A stretch of 64,000 bases of DNA, from positions 20,956,367 through 21,020,366 of the forward strand of contig NC_081382.1 in the NCBI RefSeq assembly GCF_030684315.1, read 5' to 3'. How positions within the stretch are numbered: position 1 is the stretch's first letter; each line of letters opens with the position of its first letter. A program made the position numbers and the translations under genes. The DNA comes from Stegostoma tigrinum. Its lineage: Eukaryota. Shown one piece after another: positions 13,700 through 26,066 of the stretch. The notes below the pieces were generated by a model. The model was given only the letters and a program-made list of their open reading frames with translations, was not told the DNA's origin and did not search any database.

Positions 13700-13920
13700 C
13701 TGTTTCCTGTGGTAGCATGATGTGTGTGTCTGTATGCTGGCAGTGAAGAGGAGAGAATGTGCAAGTATTCCTCCGTAGCTTGCAGACACTGGGAACTAAG
13801 CAAAACCATTTGCTGCAGATTCATTCCACCGGACATTTCCACCCAGGAGGTTCACCAATGCTGGAAAACTAGTCATGTACTGACATCCACCACCAGCAAC
13901 TCTGCTGCCCAATGCCCTGC
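13700..13920 (+). pseudogene. Possible third Myb/SANT-like Harbinger-type remnant
   Basis: Translation STQEVHQCWKTSHVL weakly resembles the S...RT..QC.K...DL helix. Confidence 0.25.
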
Positions 13921-14353
13921 GGGCAACATAGAAATATATTAAATAGGAGCTGTAGAGCATGTGTCCCTTGAGCTTATTCCATCATGGCTGAGGTGTTTAT
14001 GCTTCAAATTCCACAATCACAACCACAATGTGTTTTGACTCTTCTACTTTCCATCTAGTTTATCACCAATAATCAAGAAACAATCTCAATACAGCCTACC
14101 AGCAATGGCATCCATTGTCAGTCTGTAATTGCCATGCGGCATTATCCAAATCTGAAAGCTGTGGACAAGGAGTCTGTGTAACCCTGTAACCACCGCAAGT
14201 TATCTAGTTAATAAATTTAACAGATAATGATATAATCCAGAGTGATAGCCCAATTTCAAAATGAGATCTTCACAAGAAACTCATTTCAGAGAGAAAATTT
14301 TAGATGAAAGGACAAAACAATCAACACTCAAGAAACAGATAGGATCAAAAATA

Positions 14354-14538
14354 ATAAAATGTGAGGCTGGATGAACACAGCAGGCCAAGCAGCATCTCAG
14401 GAGCACAAAAGCTGACGTTTCGGGCCTAGACCCTTCATCAGAGGGTTGTGCTCCTGAGATGCTGCTTGGTTTGCTGTGTTCATCCAGCCTCACATTTTAT
14501 TATCTTGGAATTCTCCAGCATCTGCAGTTCCCATTATC
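14354..14538. mobile_element. Mini PLE family A fold-back
   Basis: Inverted copies of the family A 3' end. Exact 14-bp TSD TAGGATCAAAAATA at 14340-14353 and 14539-14552. Confidence 0.9.
14414..14441 (-). ncRNA. Minimal hammerhead-ribozyme motif (family A consensus)
   Basis: Minus strand reads CTGATGA-A-GGGT(CTAG)GCCC-GAAA-CG-TC: CUGAUGA and GAAA core, short stem II, palindromic ACGU stem III, GUC triplet. Confidence 0.75.
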
Positions 14539-14818
14539 TAGGATCAAAAATAGACAGGATCTTATCGAAAGAAAGTGGAAAAAGTAACTTTCATATATCA
14601 TAGCATTTGGCTAATACAGGCTTGAGGAAAATATTGCAATTGCTAAGAGGAAGGTCGAACTCAAAAGAATTTTTTGCTATTTGGAAGAGTCTAATAGTGA
14701 CAGCAATCTATTGATTGAAAATTTTGATTCAGTTTTACTTCCTCACTTTGCTGATTTCACTGCAGCACAATCAAACCGATGGATTTGGTTTCTAACCAAC
14801 AAGATTAAAAATTGAGAG

Positions 14819-14940
14819 ATAGTAGGAACTGCCCATGCTGGAGTCTGAGATAACAAGGAGTGGAGCTAGATGAACATAGCAGGCTGGGCAGCATCAGAGG
14901 AGCAGGAACGCTGAAGATTCGGGCCTGGGCCCTTCTTCAG
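14819..14940 (-). mobile_element. Solo 3' end of a PLE family A-related element
   Basis: Single diverged arm ending at the hammerhead core (CTGAAGAAGGGCCCAGGCCCGAA on minus). AAAATTGAGAG is duplicated at 14808-14818 and 14941-14951. Confidence 0.75.
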
Positions 14941-16219
14941 AAAATTGAGAGTGATTTGATAACTCTGGGGTCAGTTTTAAAAACCTACTACCAGCCTGCA
15001 ATATTTAATGTTGTTTTCTCAGCTACTCTCTGCAATGTCACTTCTATTCATAAATGCCTGTGCTTACAGCGTCTTTAACAGCTGCTAATGCAGATTGCAT
15101 GCGGTATTTTCAGGTCCCCAGTCAAAATTTAAATAATAAATACGACGTATTATTAATGCAGGAAAAGAAACTGTGTGAGATAATATAAAGTTGAAGCCCA
15201 ACGGCAGTCTTTTGCCTCTAAAACAGCATGAATGGTATTATTGAAGCCTTTTCTTTGTTCTACCATGGGACGTAGGCATCAATAACTGGCCAGCATTCAT
15301 TGCCTCTCCCTAGTTGCCCTTGAGAAGGTGGAAGTGAGCTGCCTTCTTAAACTATGCGCTGCATGTCAGCCCACAATGCCATTAGGGAGGGAATTCCAGG
15401 ATTTTGACACAGCGACAGTGGAGGGACAGAGGTGGGGTAGGGGGATATATTTCCAAGTGAGGATAGTAAGTGGCTTGAAAGGGAATTTGCAGGTGCGGGT
15501 GTTCCCATATATCTGCTGCCCTTGTCCTTCTAGATAGAAGGTGTCACAGCTTTGGATGGTGCTGTCTAAGAATCTTGTGTGAATTTCCGCAGTGTACCTT
15601 GTAGATGGTAAACACTGCCCCTGAGCATCGGTGTTGGAGGGAATGAATGTCTGTGTATGTACTGCCATTCAAGCATACTACTTTGATTTGGGATGGTATC
15701 AAGCTTATTGAGTCTGTTTGGCACTGCACTCATCCAGGCAAATTGAGAGTATTCCATCACAGTCGTGATTTGTGCCTTGTCGATGGTGAGCAGGCTTTTA
15801 GGAGCCAACAGGTTAGGTAAGTTACTTGCCACAATATTCCTAGCCTCTGACTTGCTTTTGTCACCACTGTATTTATATGGCGATTCCGGTTGAGTTTCCA
15901 GTCAACAGAATCCCGAGGATGTTGGTAGTGATCAGTGATGGTAATAACATTGATGGTCAAGGGACAGTGGTCAGCTTGTCTGTCATTGGAGATGATCATA
16001 CCCTGGCATCGTTGTGGCATAAAAGTTACTTGTGACTTGTGAGCCCAAGCCTGGATATTTTCATGGTCCTGCTGCATTTGAACATGGGCCACTTCAGTAT
16101 CCGAGGAGTCACGAATGGTGCTGAACATTTTGCAATCATCGGTGAACATCCCCACTTCTGACCGTATGATGGAGGAAAGGTCATTGATGAAGCAGCTGAA
16201 CTGTTGGACTGAGGGCACA

Positions 16220-17055
16220 GAAACATAGAAGATAGAAGCAAGAGGAGGCCATCAGCCCTTTGAGCCTACTCCGCCATTCTTCACAATCATGGCTAATTGT
16301 CCAACTCAATAGCCTAATCCTGCTTTCTCCCGATAACCTTTGATCCCATTTGCCCCAAGTGCTATATCTGGTCACCTCTTGAATACATTCTATGTTTTCG
16401 ATCAACTGCTTCCTGTGGTAATGAAGTCCACAGGCTCACCTTTCTTTGGGTGAAGAAATGTCCCCATATCTCCGTTCTAAATCGTCTACCCAGAATCCTC
16501 GGACTGTAACCCCTGGTTCTGGACACACCTACTATCAGGAACATCCTTCCTGCATCTACCCGTCCAGTCCTGTTAGAATTTTATAAGGCTGTATGAGATC
16601 CCCCCTCATTCATCTGAATGCTAGCAAATAAAATCCCAACCTAGTCAATCTCTCCTTATACGTCAGACCCACTATCCCCAGAATCAGCCGGCTAAATCTT
16701 CGCTGCACTCCCTTGAGAGCAAGAGCTCCCCTCCTCAGAAAAGGAGGCCAAAGCTCCACACTATATTCTAGGTATGGCCTCACCAAGGCCCTGTATAACA
16801 ACAACAACACTTCCCTGTTGCTGCACTCGTAACCTCTCGCAATGAAGGCCAAAATACCATTTGTTTTCTTTACCACCTGCTGTACCTGCATGCTTACCTT
16901 CAGCGGCTGGTGCACAAAGACACCCAGGTCCCTTCTCCAAATTTGCAGCAATTCAGGTAGTAATCTGCCTTCTTGTTTTTGCTAAACTCACATTTATCCA
17001 AATTATACTGCATCTGCCATTGATTTACCCACTCGCTCAACCTGTCAAGATCATG
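16220..17055 (-). mobile_element. 5'-truncated CR1 LINE
   Basis: Minus ORFs give WQMQYNLDKC, LVRPYLEY and FFTQR. The 3' tail is near 16220. Confidence 0.9.
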
Positions 17056-17139
17056 CTGAAGGACACTGCCATGAGCCTGCAGATATGTCCTGGAGCTGAG
17101 ATGACTGACCTCCAACAGCTACAACATTCTTCTTGTGAG

Positions 17140-18590
17140 AACAAAGTGTGGAGCTGGATGAACACAGCAGGCCAAGCAGCGTCTTAGGAGCACAAAAGCT
17201 GCCGTTTCGGGTCTAGACCCTTCATTAGAAAAGGGGGATGGGGAGAGGATTCTGAAAACAATACGGAGAGAGGGGGAGGCGGACCGAAAATTGATGGAGG
17301 AGAAGATAGGTGGAGAGAAGAGTATAGGTGGGGAGGTAGGAAGGGGATAGGTCAGTCCGGGGAGGACGGACAGGTCAAATGGGCAGGATGAGGTTAGTAG
17401 GTAGGAAATGGAGGAGCGGCTTGAGGTGGGAGGAGGGGATAGGTGAGAAGAAGAACAGGTTAGGGAGGCGGGGACGAGCTACGCTGGTTTTGGGATGCAG
17501 TGGGGGAAGGGGAGATTTTGAAGCTGGTGAAATCCACATTGATACCATTGGGCTGCAGGGTTCCCAAGTGGAATATGAGTTGCTGTTCCCGAAATCTACG
17601 GGTGGCATCATTATGGCACTGCAGAAGGCCCATGATGGACACGTCGTCTAAGGAATGGGAGGGGGAGTTAAAATGGTTCGCGACTGGGAGGTGCAGTTGT
17701 TTATTGCGAACCGAGCGGAGGTGTTCTGCAAGGCAGTCCCCAAACCTCCGCTTTGTTTCCCCAATGTAGAGGTAGCCACACCGGGTACAACGGATGCATC
17801 TGCAAAGCGGTCCCCAAGCCTCTGCTTGGTTTCCCCGATGTAGAGGAAGCCACAATGGGTACAGCTTATGCACCTGTTGTGGCTTCTTCTACATTGGGGA
17901 AACCAAGTGGAGGCTTGGGGACCGCTTTGCAGAACACCTCCGCTCGGTTCGCAATAAACAACTGCACGTCCCAGTTGCGACCCATTTAAACTCCCCCTCC
18001 CATTCCTTAGACGACATGTCCATCATGGCCCTCCTGCAGTGCCACAATGATGCCACTCAAAGGTTGCAGGAACAGCAACTCATATTCCACTTGGGAACCC
18101 TGCAGCCGAATGGGATCAGTGTGGACTTCACAAGCTTCAAAATCTCCCCTCCTCCCACTGCATTGCAAAACCAGCCCAGCTCGTCCCCTCCCCCCGCTGC
18201 ATTGCAAAACCAGCCCAGCTCATCCCCCCTTCCCTAACCTGTTCTTCCTCTCACCTATCCCCTCCTCTCACCTTAAGCCGCACCTCCATTTCCTACCTAC
18301 TAACCTCATCCCACCCCCCTGACCTGTCCATCCTCTCCGGATGACCTATCCCCTCCCTACCTCTCCACCTATACTCTCCTCTCCACCTATTTTCTCCCCC
18401 ATCCATTTTCGGTCCGGCTCCCATTCTCTCCCTATTTAGTTCAGAATCTTCACCCCATCCCCCTTTTCTGATGAAGGGTCTAGGCCGGAAACGTCAGCTT
18501 TTGTGCTCCTAAGATACTGCTTGTGTTCATCCAGCCCCACACTTCGTTATCTTGGATTCTCCAGCTTCTGCAGTTCCCATTATCTCTGAC
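17140..18590. mobile_element. PLE family A fold-back with rearranged centre
   Basis: Minus arm 17140-~17865 and plus arm ~17870-18590, both with YIGETK/EHLRSV/LGTLQPNG sequence. Exact 16-bp TSD ACATTCTTCTTGTGAG at 17124-17139 and 18591-18606. Confidence 0.92.
18468..18495 (+). ncRNA. Minimal hammerhead-ribozyme motif (family A)
   Basis: CTGATGAAGGGTCTAGGCCGGAAACGTC, with one stem II mismatch. Confidence 0.6.
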
Positions 18591-19514
18591 ACATTCTTCT
18601 TGTGAGTCAGGTGTGAGTCCAACCAGGGGAGAATTTGTCCCCAATACCCATTGATTCCAGCTTTCCTCAAAAATATTGCATTAGTGATCAGGGAATGAGG
18701 TAACACTAAAAACACAAGGTAATGTGCAGGGCACGGAATAATTTTCTGTTCACATTTATGTTGATTTTGCCTTTGTATACTATCATTGCTTAAAGGGTAT
18801 AATTCCATATCAGGATTTAAAATATTTTCAAATGGTTAATTAAAGTGAAAAATTATTCTTTAAACTTATTGGGCTTAGGTTAATACCTGCATCTATAAGT
18901 GGGTGCTTACCAGAGGAAATTGTGCAATGACGCACTTGCTATAGGTCATTTGAACATAGGTCAGTAAAAAAGTTGGATAATCACCACTATTGTTTCTGCA
19001 CTTGGTGGTGGGGGGCTGTTGAAAGACACAGAAACAGAAAGCTGCTTTGCCAAGATGTTATCCATGTGCTGCCTAAGGCATATCCTTGGTAAAGTGCCCA
19101 GAAGCTAAGAGCAGAAACCATTACTGATATTGTATTGAAATAATTGAGGAAGTGCATAATCTTTGGGAAAAATGGCTATTATTTTTCCTTGAATTGTTTC
19201 AGACAGAACGTTTCTGTGCTGGCAGAAATTTGTGACGTGCCGATTACTGCTTTTCCATTTTCACTTGAGATATTTCTAAAACAAAGCCATTTGGGAAGAG
19301 ACACACTAAGTTCTATCACAGATGAAGAAAGGACATTAAAATGCTTAAACTGACATGGCTAACTTAGCTGCTATGGGAGAAGCTTTACTGAAAACAAAGG
19401 CTTATCAATTATTTCACATAATTTGACATTTGTTAATTCCTGCTCCAAAAATAGTTTAGATTTTTAATAATTTCCTTGGAGGTGATTTAAATTAAATGTT
19501 AATGGATTGAGAGG

Positions 19515-19730
19515 GGGTAGTCTAATTTAGTTGGCTGGATGGCTGGTTTCCAATGCAAAGTGATGCCAACAGCATGGGTCTACTTCCTGTATTAGCTGAG
19601 GTCATTGTGAATGTACAGCCTTCTCAACCTCACCCTTCATTCCTAAGGCATGGTGATCCTCAGGTTAAACTCACCATCAGTTGTCTCTCACTCTTTAACG
19701 AGAACGTTGGACCATTATGACTTTTCCTTT
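19515..19730 (+). mobile_element. Old SINE-like repeat
   Basis: Degenerate tRNA-like head and a short body. Single copy in the window, recognised by resemblance only. Confidence 0.3.
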
Positions 19731-20645
19731 ACCAAATGGAGTACAGTTGAGGAAGGATTTTTATTTGCTTCATCTCATCAGGTAATGAAATCAATCTTTG
19801 CACTATAACTACAGCCTGAATTTCAAACTGTGAATGAAGATTACTGAAAGAAATGGGTTCTATGGAGCTGCTGGTATTTGAGGAAGGAGGGAGAAAATGC
19901 CAAGAAGGTGACCAACTAATGAATAAAAACTAAAACAGCTGGACACACCCCAAAGAAATCAGCTGCGAAATGTGTTTCTTGTAAATCTAGTAATCAGCGT
20001 CCAAAAATCATTGAAGTAGCCTCACTATCGGCCCTACCCTCCCACTTCCTTCTCCTTTTGCTTCATTTTCTTTCTTCACTCTACCCCCCCCATCTCACTT
20101 TTTGGGTTGTGTGCAGTTCACAGAAAGGTGGACAGCATTCATTGAAATGTTTGTTTGAAGTATTCCATTCATCTTTTAAATTGTCATGGAGTGTTTATTG
20201 AAGAGAGAGCTGCTTGAAGCAGGAAGACCACCCCATAGTTTCTCCACATGTGCTTCATTTGAGTAAGGCTTCGAGCCCGGTCTGTCAGTTTTAAACCAGC
20301 CTCGAGATCTGCATAAAATGACTGCAATTCTTTGCTATGAGCAGAGCATCCTGTTGCTTATTAACCTCTGTCAATCTGACCCCCTGCCCGCTCCTGTGTC
20401 CACTCAACCTAATGTCTCACTTGGGTCTTTGAAACCCTATAAAGTTTTAAACCAAAAGAAAAACTGAGCAAAATGCTAAATTTAGGGATAGACTCATAGA
20501 GTCATACAGTGCAGTAACATATCCTTCAGGCCAACCAGTCTGTGTTGACCATAATCCCAAACTAAACTTGTTAATTGAAAGCGCAAGATACCACATTTTA
20601 CACAAAATATTTTACAGCACTGGAATTAAACAAAGCCAGCGCTTA

Positions 20646-21281
20646 GGGTAGAATTTTCCTCTCCCTGATTGTGGTGAGAGAAGTGGTGAGAAAGTGAAAT
20701 AATTGAGCGAGCTTGCCAGGAGAGAAGCACAATATAGTGTTGGCGGAGAAGACCAGTTGGTGACTTCCTCAATTCTTCAGCAACGATGGCACCCCGGTGG
20801 TTAGTCAATGGCCATGTAAGGACCTTTTCACCTTCACGTGGCCCACCTGACAGGCAGATGGGAAAGGTGGCCATTTTCCTGACTGGTAGACCATGGTGAC
20901 CTGCCTGCTGAATTAGGGGAGGAGTCTGGAGGCATAAGATACAGAGCAAGGGAGCATTCTTTGAAAGCCACCCTCCTACCCTAGATTGGGAACCCCTCCT
21001 CTTCTTGCAACTCAGACTCTATGATAAGAATGCAAACAAAAACTCATCTTCTCACCCCTGAATCAGCTCAGGAGCAGGCCTCAACTGGCAGGACCTAGGA
21101 CTCAGAAACAGATAATCTCTGATTGGCCAACATCTTCTGGTGATTTGATAGGGTGAGAAACCCCCGAATGAGTTATTTGGCATGTGATATGGTCAATCAT
21201 CTCTCTGGCGGGGATGGAATGTTAGACACCACCTAATACATGGCACCCCTTCACTTCGTCAGGAGCAGGAAAATCCTGGCC
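20646..21281. mobile_element. Putative non-autonomous PIF/Harbinger-like DNA transposon
   Basis: Imperfect 14-bp terminal inverted repeats GGGTAGAATTTTCC / GGAAAATCCTGGCC around a GC-richer interior. TTA on the left, no matching TSD on the right. Confidence 0.45.
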
Positions 21282-22141
21282 GATATATTTTCTGAATAGA
21301 TTTTACACTTGAAAGCCTCAGCTTAACACACATAACCTGTTTCTAGTTCCACCCAAGGTTTTCTCCAAATGTTACACTTCTCCCTTCGCCTGGCACCAAA
21401 CCAAAGTGGTATCACAGCTGTTTGGAATTCACTTTGATTCTCTTCAATGTTCTAACTATTATCCAAAGGATGAAACATTTTAGTGTTCTTCCATGAGCAT
21501 TTGGCTATATGACCGTCTAACTCTCCTTAATCATTCGAATTTGTGGATACCAATCCCAAGTATGGGCTTCACTACCTTGTTGCTTTGTGGTCTACTAATA
21601 GCTTTTTCTCTTGCCTGTTTCCACACTATTGCAGCTCCAGACCGAAACTATCTTCATTCAGTGAGAGAAAATACAGATAAAATGAAACTAAAAGATTGCC
21701 ACACTGCAAACTATTCCCATGGCAATGTGTCACACTTGGCACGTCCAAAATTAAAATCACCTTCACCTTCTAAAACAGCCGGGGAAGTAAATCTAGGGGA
21801 ATTACATAAATAATTTAAAACTCTAATAGGGCCAACAGCACTCTTACAAGATGTATTGGTTTTGTTCCACATCTCTGAGAGGACCACCTATTGTTTGTGG
21901 TTATTACACTTAAGCTCTTTAAGTAACCATGGATCATCTTTTGAGTGGTAATTATTTTATGGGTTTTCCCCTGGGGACTCAAACTCAGTTTTTGTTTTAC
22001 CTCATTTACCTTACATTAAAAGTTTTATCTCTAAAACATATAAATCTTGAAATCATTTTCATGACATTGAATAAGTATAATCCAGAATTGAGTGAATTCA
22101 TGTCCAGTTACGGGGGTCCAATGCCGATCAATTCAATGCAA

Positions 22142-22585
22142 CAAAGTTTACTGTTGTTTTGAAAATATTCTCACTTCCAGCATTATGCATTTGAAAGATA
22201 AGTAACTCCAGCCACCTATAGAACTAGGCCTACAGCTGCTCCTAATTCCCATGCCTGTATGTTTATAGTGGTGTGGAGGTGCCGGTGTTGGACTGTGTTA
22301 GACAAGGTCAGAAGTCACACAACTTCACCTAATGAAGAAGCAGTACTCCGAAAGCTTGTAATTTCAAATAAACCTGTTGGACTGTAACCTGGTGTCATGT
22401 GACTTCTGACTTTATCCACCCCAGTCCAACAACGGCACCTCCACATCACAGAAATAGTTAGGCAAAGTCTACTGTTGTTTTGGAAATGTTTTCACTTTCG
22501 GTATTATGCAATTGAAAGACAAGTAATTCTAGCCACCTACAAGAGTAGGCATACAGCTGCTCCGAAACGCAATATCTGTGTGCTT
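22142..22585 (+). repeat. Diverged ~120-bp direct duplication (22142-22260 and 22463-22585)
   Basis: CAAAGTTTACTGTTGTTTTG...TACAGCTGCTCC versus CAAAGTCTACTGTTGTTTTG...TACAGCTGCTCC. Confidence 0.85.
22268..22449. mobile_element. PLE-like family C fold-back with degenerate hammerhead motif
   Basis: Inverted ends GTGGTGTGGAGGTGCCGGTGTTGGACTG / CAGTCCAACAACGGCACCTCCACATCAC. Internal CTAATGAAGAAGCAGTACTCCGAAAGCTT has a decayed CUGAUGA...GAAA core and an AAGCTT palindrome. Confidence 0.65.
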
Positions 22586-23049
22586 GTAATGAAAGTAGCA
22601 AAAATAAGATCAGATAAAGAACAGAATATTACACATGTACATTAGAGACTGATGGCCTAGAGCAAGTCCTGTACCCACTAATGCAAAGTAAAAGTACTTC
22701 TGTGGAGCTACTGTAGCAGGACTCGTGTTGACTATCATTGTCTGAAAGAAAATCTGTATGGATGAAAAGAGGAGAATAATCCAAATGTTTTACTCTAGGA
22801 TAAATTAATTGGTGTTCTGACATTCAAAACTACTGGAGTCAGTTAAACAAAATTTCCCTTTGACAGCTACCAGCTTGGGTTAAAACTCTGAAATGAGTAA
22901 GGAACACAATGATATATGTATCTGATGGTATTTCAACCATTGTTGACACATGCCTCTACGTTCAGGGACATAAGACAGCTTCTTGAGTTACTTCCCCATT
23001 CAATGGCTATCCACAGCCTGGCTCTACCTGCCTACTTTGTTGTGATATC

Positions 23050-24373
23050 TCTGAGTATGCTTGACTTGTAAAACTTTTACTGATATCAGATTTAAAGTTA
23101 TTAACTGAGCCAGCATCCGTTGCTTTCTGTTGGCACCTGTTGCATGCATCTTCAAACAGAATGCTGCTTTTACAAAGTGAGTTATAACTTATCCTAAATG
23201 GTCTACTTCATTTTTATGGTTCAGTCCCCTTGTCCTACCCTCCCCAGCAGCAGAAAAAAGTTTCTCTCTCACCATCCTTTCAATTCCTTTCAAAACACTA
23301 AATCGAATCACTATTTAACAGTTGACAGTCCAGGGTATACATCTCTAATTCTTGGAGTGCTGGTAATAAGTGAAAACGTGCTTCACCCCTTCCAAGGTCA
23401 TTCTTTCTAAGGTACATTCTGAGCTGTTCTGAGGTTTAACCAGGTGCTATGGTGCTGGAGCAAAACTGTGTCCCATACCTCCTGCCCACACTTTTATTTT
23501 GGCCTTTCCCCTTTTGACTCCAGCTCTCTAGGATTTGCTGTTTGTTCCTTCATATCGTATTACTGATTATGCCTGAATTACTACCAGGACCTCCTCAACA
23601 CTTTCAAGCACCACTGTGTTTAGGTATTTACCATTTTAAAAAATATCCACATTTATCTCTTTTTGATCCAACATGGAGGATTTCTCACTTAGCTGCATTG
23701 AAATCTATCTTCCAAAGCTCTTTCCAATCTCACTTAACCTGTCAATGTACCTTCATTGATAATAGGAACTGCAGACGCTGGAGAATCCGAGATAACAAGC
23801 TGCTTGGCCTGCTGTGTTCATCCAGCTCTACACCTTGTTATCAATGTCTCTTCATTATTTTGCACACCTTTCTACACGATTACTACTCTGTTATTCTTTG
23901 TGATTTTGGCTGTTTTGGATATAAATGGCTCACTGTCACCTTATCTAATTCCTGAATAACTATATTGAGTAGTTGGAAGTTAATTACAAATCTTGTAAAT
24001 CAATAGACTCCTCTCGCCAATTCAAGTACCATTATCCGTACTTTCTATCAATAATCTGGTTTCAGAGAAATTTATTTTTTGTTGACAGTCTGTTAAATGA
24101 GACATTATGGAATGCCTTTTGGAAGTCCGATGCTGTACATGCACAGCTATTGTCCTGCCAGTATGGTAGAAGCTTCCCAAAGAGATACCAGTACATTTTT
24201 AAAAAAGCAGCCTGTCCTTAACAATTTCACATTGCTTCTCTCTGATCAATTTAAGTGGTCAACTACTCTTCTTAATTACAGATTCCAGTAGCTTTTTTAC
24301 AACAGGCTGACATGTCTATAATTTCCGGGCTTCTCTCACTTGCATTCCTTGAATAATGTAGTTACATTTGGAA
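23050..24373 (-). mobile_element. Very old CR1-like LINE remnant hosting two mini PLEs
   Basis: Patchy similarity to the minus-strand CR1 copies (e.g. GGAATGCCTTTTGGAAGTCC, CTCACTTAGCTGCATTGAAATC). Confidence 0.45.
23758..23840. mobile_element. 83-bp mini PLE family A fold-back
   Basis: Tail plus short inverted arm. 16-bp TSD TCAATGTACCTTCATT / TCAATGTCTCTTCATT with 2 mismatches. Confidence 0.85.
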
Positions 24374-24611
24374 AATTGTATCAGAAATAATGGGAACTGC
24401 AGATGCTGGAGAATCCAAGACAACAAAGTGTGAAGCTGGATGAACACAGCAGGCCAAGCAGCATCTCAGGAGCACAAAAGCTGATGTTTCAGGCCTAGAC
24501 CCTTCATCAGAGAGCTCTCTGATGAAGGGTCTAGGCCCGAAACGTCAGCTTTTGTTGTCCTGAGATGCTGCTTGGCCTGCTGTGTTCATCCAGCTTCACA
24601 CTTTGTTGTCT
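24374..24611. mobile_element. Mini PLE family A palindrome with no central loop
   Basis: Axis at GAG|CTC (24514/24515) between back-to-back hammerhead motifs. Exact 15-bp TSD TAGTTACATTTGGAA at 24359-24373 and 24612-24626. Confidence 0.92.
24519..24546 (+). ncRNA. Minimal hammerhead-ribozyme motif (family A consensus)
   Basis: CTGATGAAGGGTCTAGGCCCGAAACGTC, exact consensus. Confidence 0.75.
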
Positions 24612-25668
24612 TAGTTACATTTGGAAGCAGGTTCCTCCTTGAAAGTAGTTTCTGACAAAAATAGCTAATATTTCATTCTCCAACAGCAAAACCATTTAGT
24701 TGAAAATACGTTGATTCTAACTTACGGAGGTTAAATTTAACAAAATACCATTTTAATCATGTATAAATGCCAGGCTGGATTTAATACATTAGCAGATAAT
24801 ATTTGAAATGCAATTTGCAATTCATATCTAAGGACAGTTGCAACATGATGAATAAACATCATAACTTTATTGTCAAAGTCAAATAAAGGTTTAAAAATTT
24901 GTGATTCACGTATATTTTATATGATCTTTTGCATCCTCTGCAATGTTCTATGCATCACAATTCACAATAAAATAAAAGAATTAATGTGTGTAGAATTAAG
25001 TGGAATGGATTGCACAGAAGCAGGCAATCAGCTAATGCCCTCAGTGCTTACATTCTATATGAATTTCATTCCACTCCTCTTCATCCGACTAACAACATAA
25101 CACTATGTGGTTTGAAAAGGGTAACAGGGAGATGTCAAGGGAATGGCACCAGTTGAGATGTTCAATAGGACAGTCAATGCTATGCTGTAACTATTCAGTG
25201 TTTATTTGATCCCATTGGATTTGGATTCACTGTGGTTAATAAGAAGGCATGCTATCTTCTTATGGCTTGATTTTGATGGACAACTTGGTTCGTTGTTCCA
25301 GCTGAATCTCGTGCTTTTCTTGTCAGTTGTGATCATGCTGTGTTTCAACTGAATCAAATCGATCGGTGCAGTCTATTTCTCTCCAAAGTGAAGGAGGATT
25401 ACAGGCAGCCAGACGCACATTCATAAAACATGAAAATCTGGAGGTTAATTTGAGTCAGCTGACATCATCATGACGAAGGATAAAGTCATGACTAGTTGTT
25501 ATTGCTTCGTGGAACTATGGACTTGGATGCTTGCTAATTGTAATTCAGCATTGTTACTTTTGGTCATAAATTGTGGTTCTTAATTGTCTTCCAGCATTGA
25601 AAACTATGCCAGCCTGTTGGATACAAAACAGATGTTTATCCATTAAAACAATTTTTTCAAATCTTATT

Positions 25669-25868
25669 GAGATAATGGGAACTGCAGATGCTGGAGAATC
25701 CAAGATAACAAAGTGTGGAGCTGGATGAACACAGCAGGCTAAGCAGCATCTTAGGAGCATCTTAGCTTTTTTCTGATGAAGAGTCTAGGCCTGAAACGTC
25801 AGCTTTTGTGCTCCTAAAATGCTGCTTGGCCTGCTGTGTTCATCCAGCTCCACACTTTGTTATCTTAC
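25669..25868. mobile_element. Mini PLE family A fold-back
   Basis: Inverted arms, hammerhead motif at 25773-25800, degenerate TSD TTCAAATCTTATTGA / TTCAAATTCTACTGA. Confidence 0.85.
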
Positions 25869-26009
25869 TTCAAATTCTACTGATGATCAGCTGCATGGCT
25901 TTTTAACAGGAATTGCATTCTTCGGTCTCATCCTTAAACCTTTGATAATGCCTGTCAAGTCTTAATAGCACTGAGTAACTGAAACTGCAGTCAAATGGAA
26001 ACCTTGACT

Positions 26010-26066
26010 AAAACGAAGTACTGTGAATGCTAGTGAACTGAAACAAACAGCAGAAATTGCTGGAGA
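26010..26066 (-). mobile_element. Old PLE family B-related end (appears to continue at 27612)
   Basis: ...CAGAAATTGCTGGAGA joins AAACTCAGCAGGTCT at 27613, as in intact family B copies (AAATTGCTGGAAAAGCTCAGCAGGTCT). Confidence 0.5.

Larger units (their letters stand above)
15260..18670 (-). mobile_element. Older CR1/L2-like LINE (family X), interrupted by a CR1 and a PLE fold-back
   Basis: Minus ORFs give FSCFINDL...GMFTDDC and KAQITTVMEY. The sequence resumes at ~17055-17139 and ~18591-18670. Homologous to 37590-38870 and 44165-44735. Confidence 0.75.
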
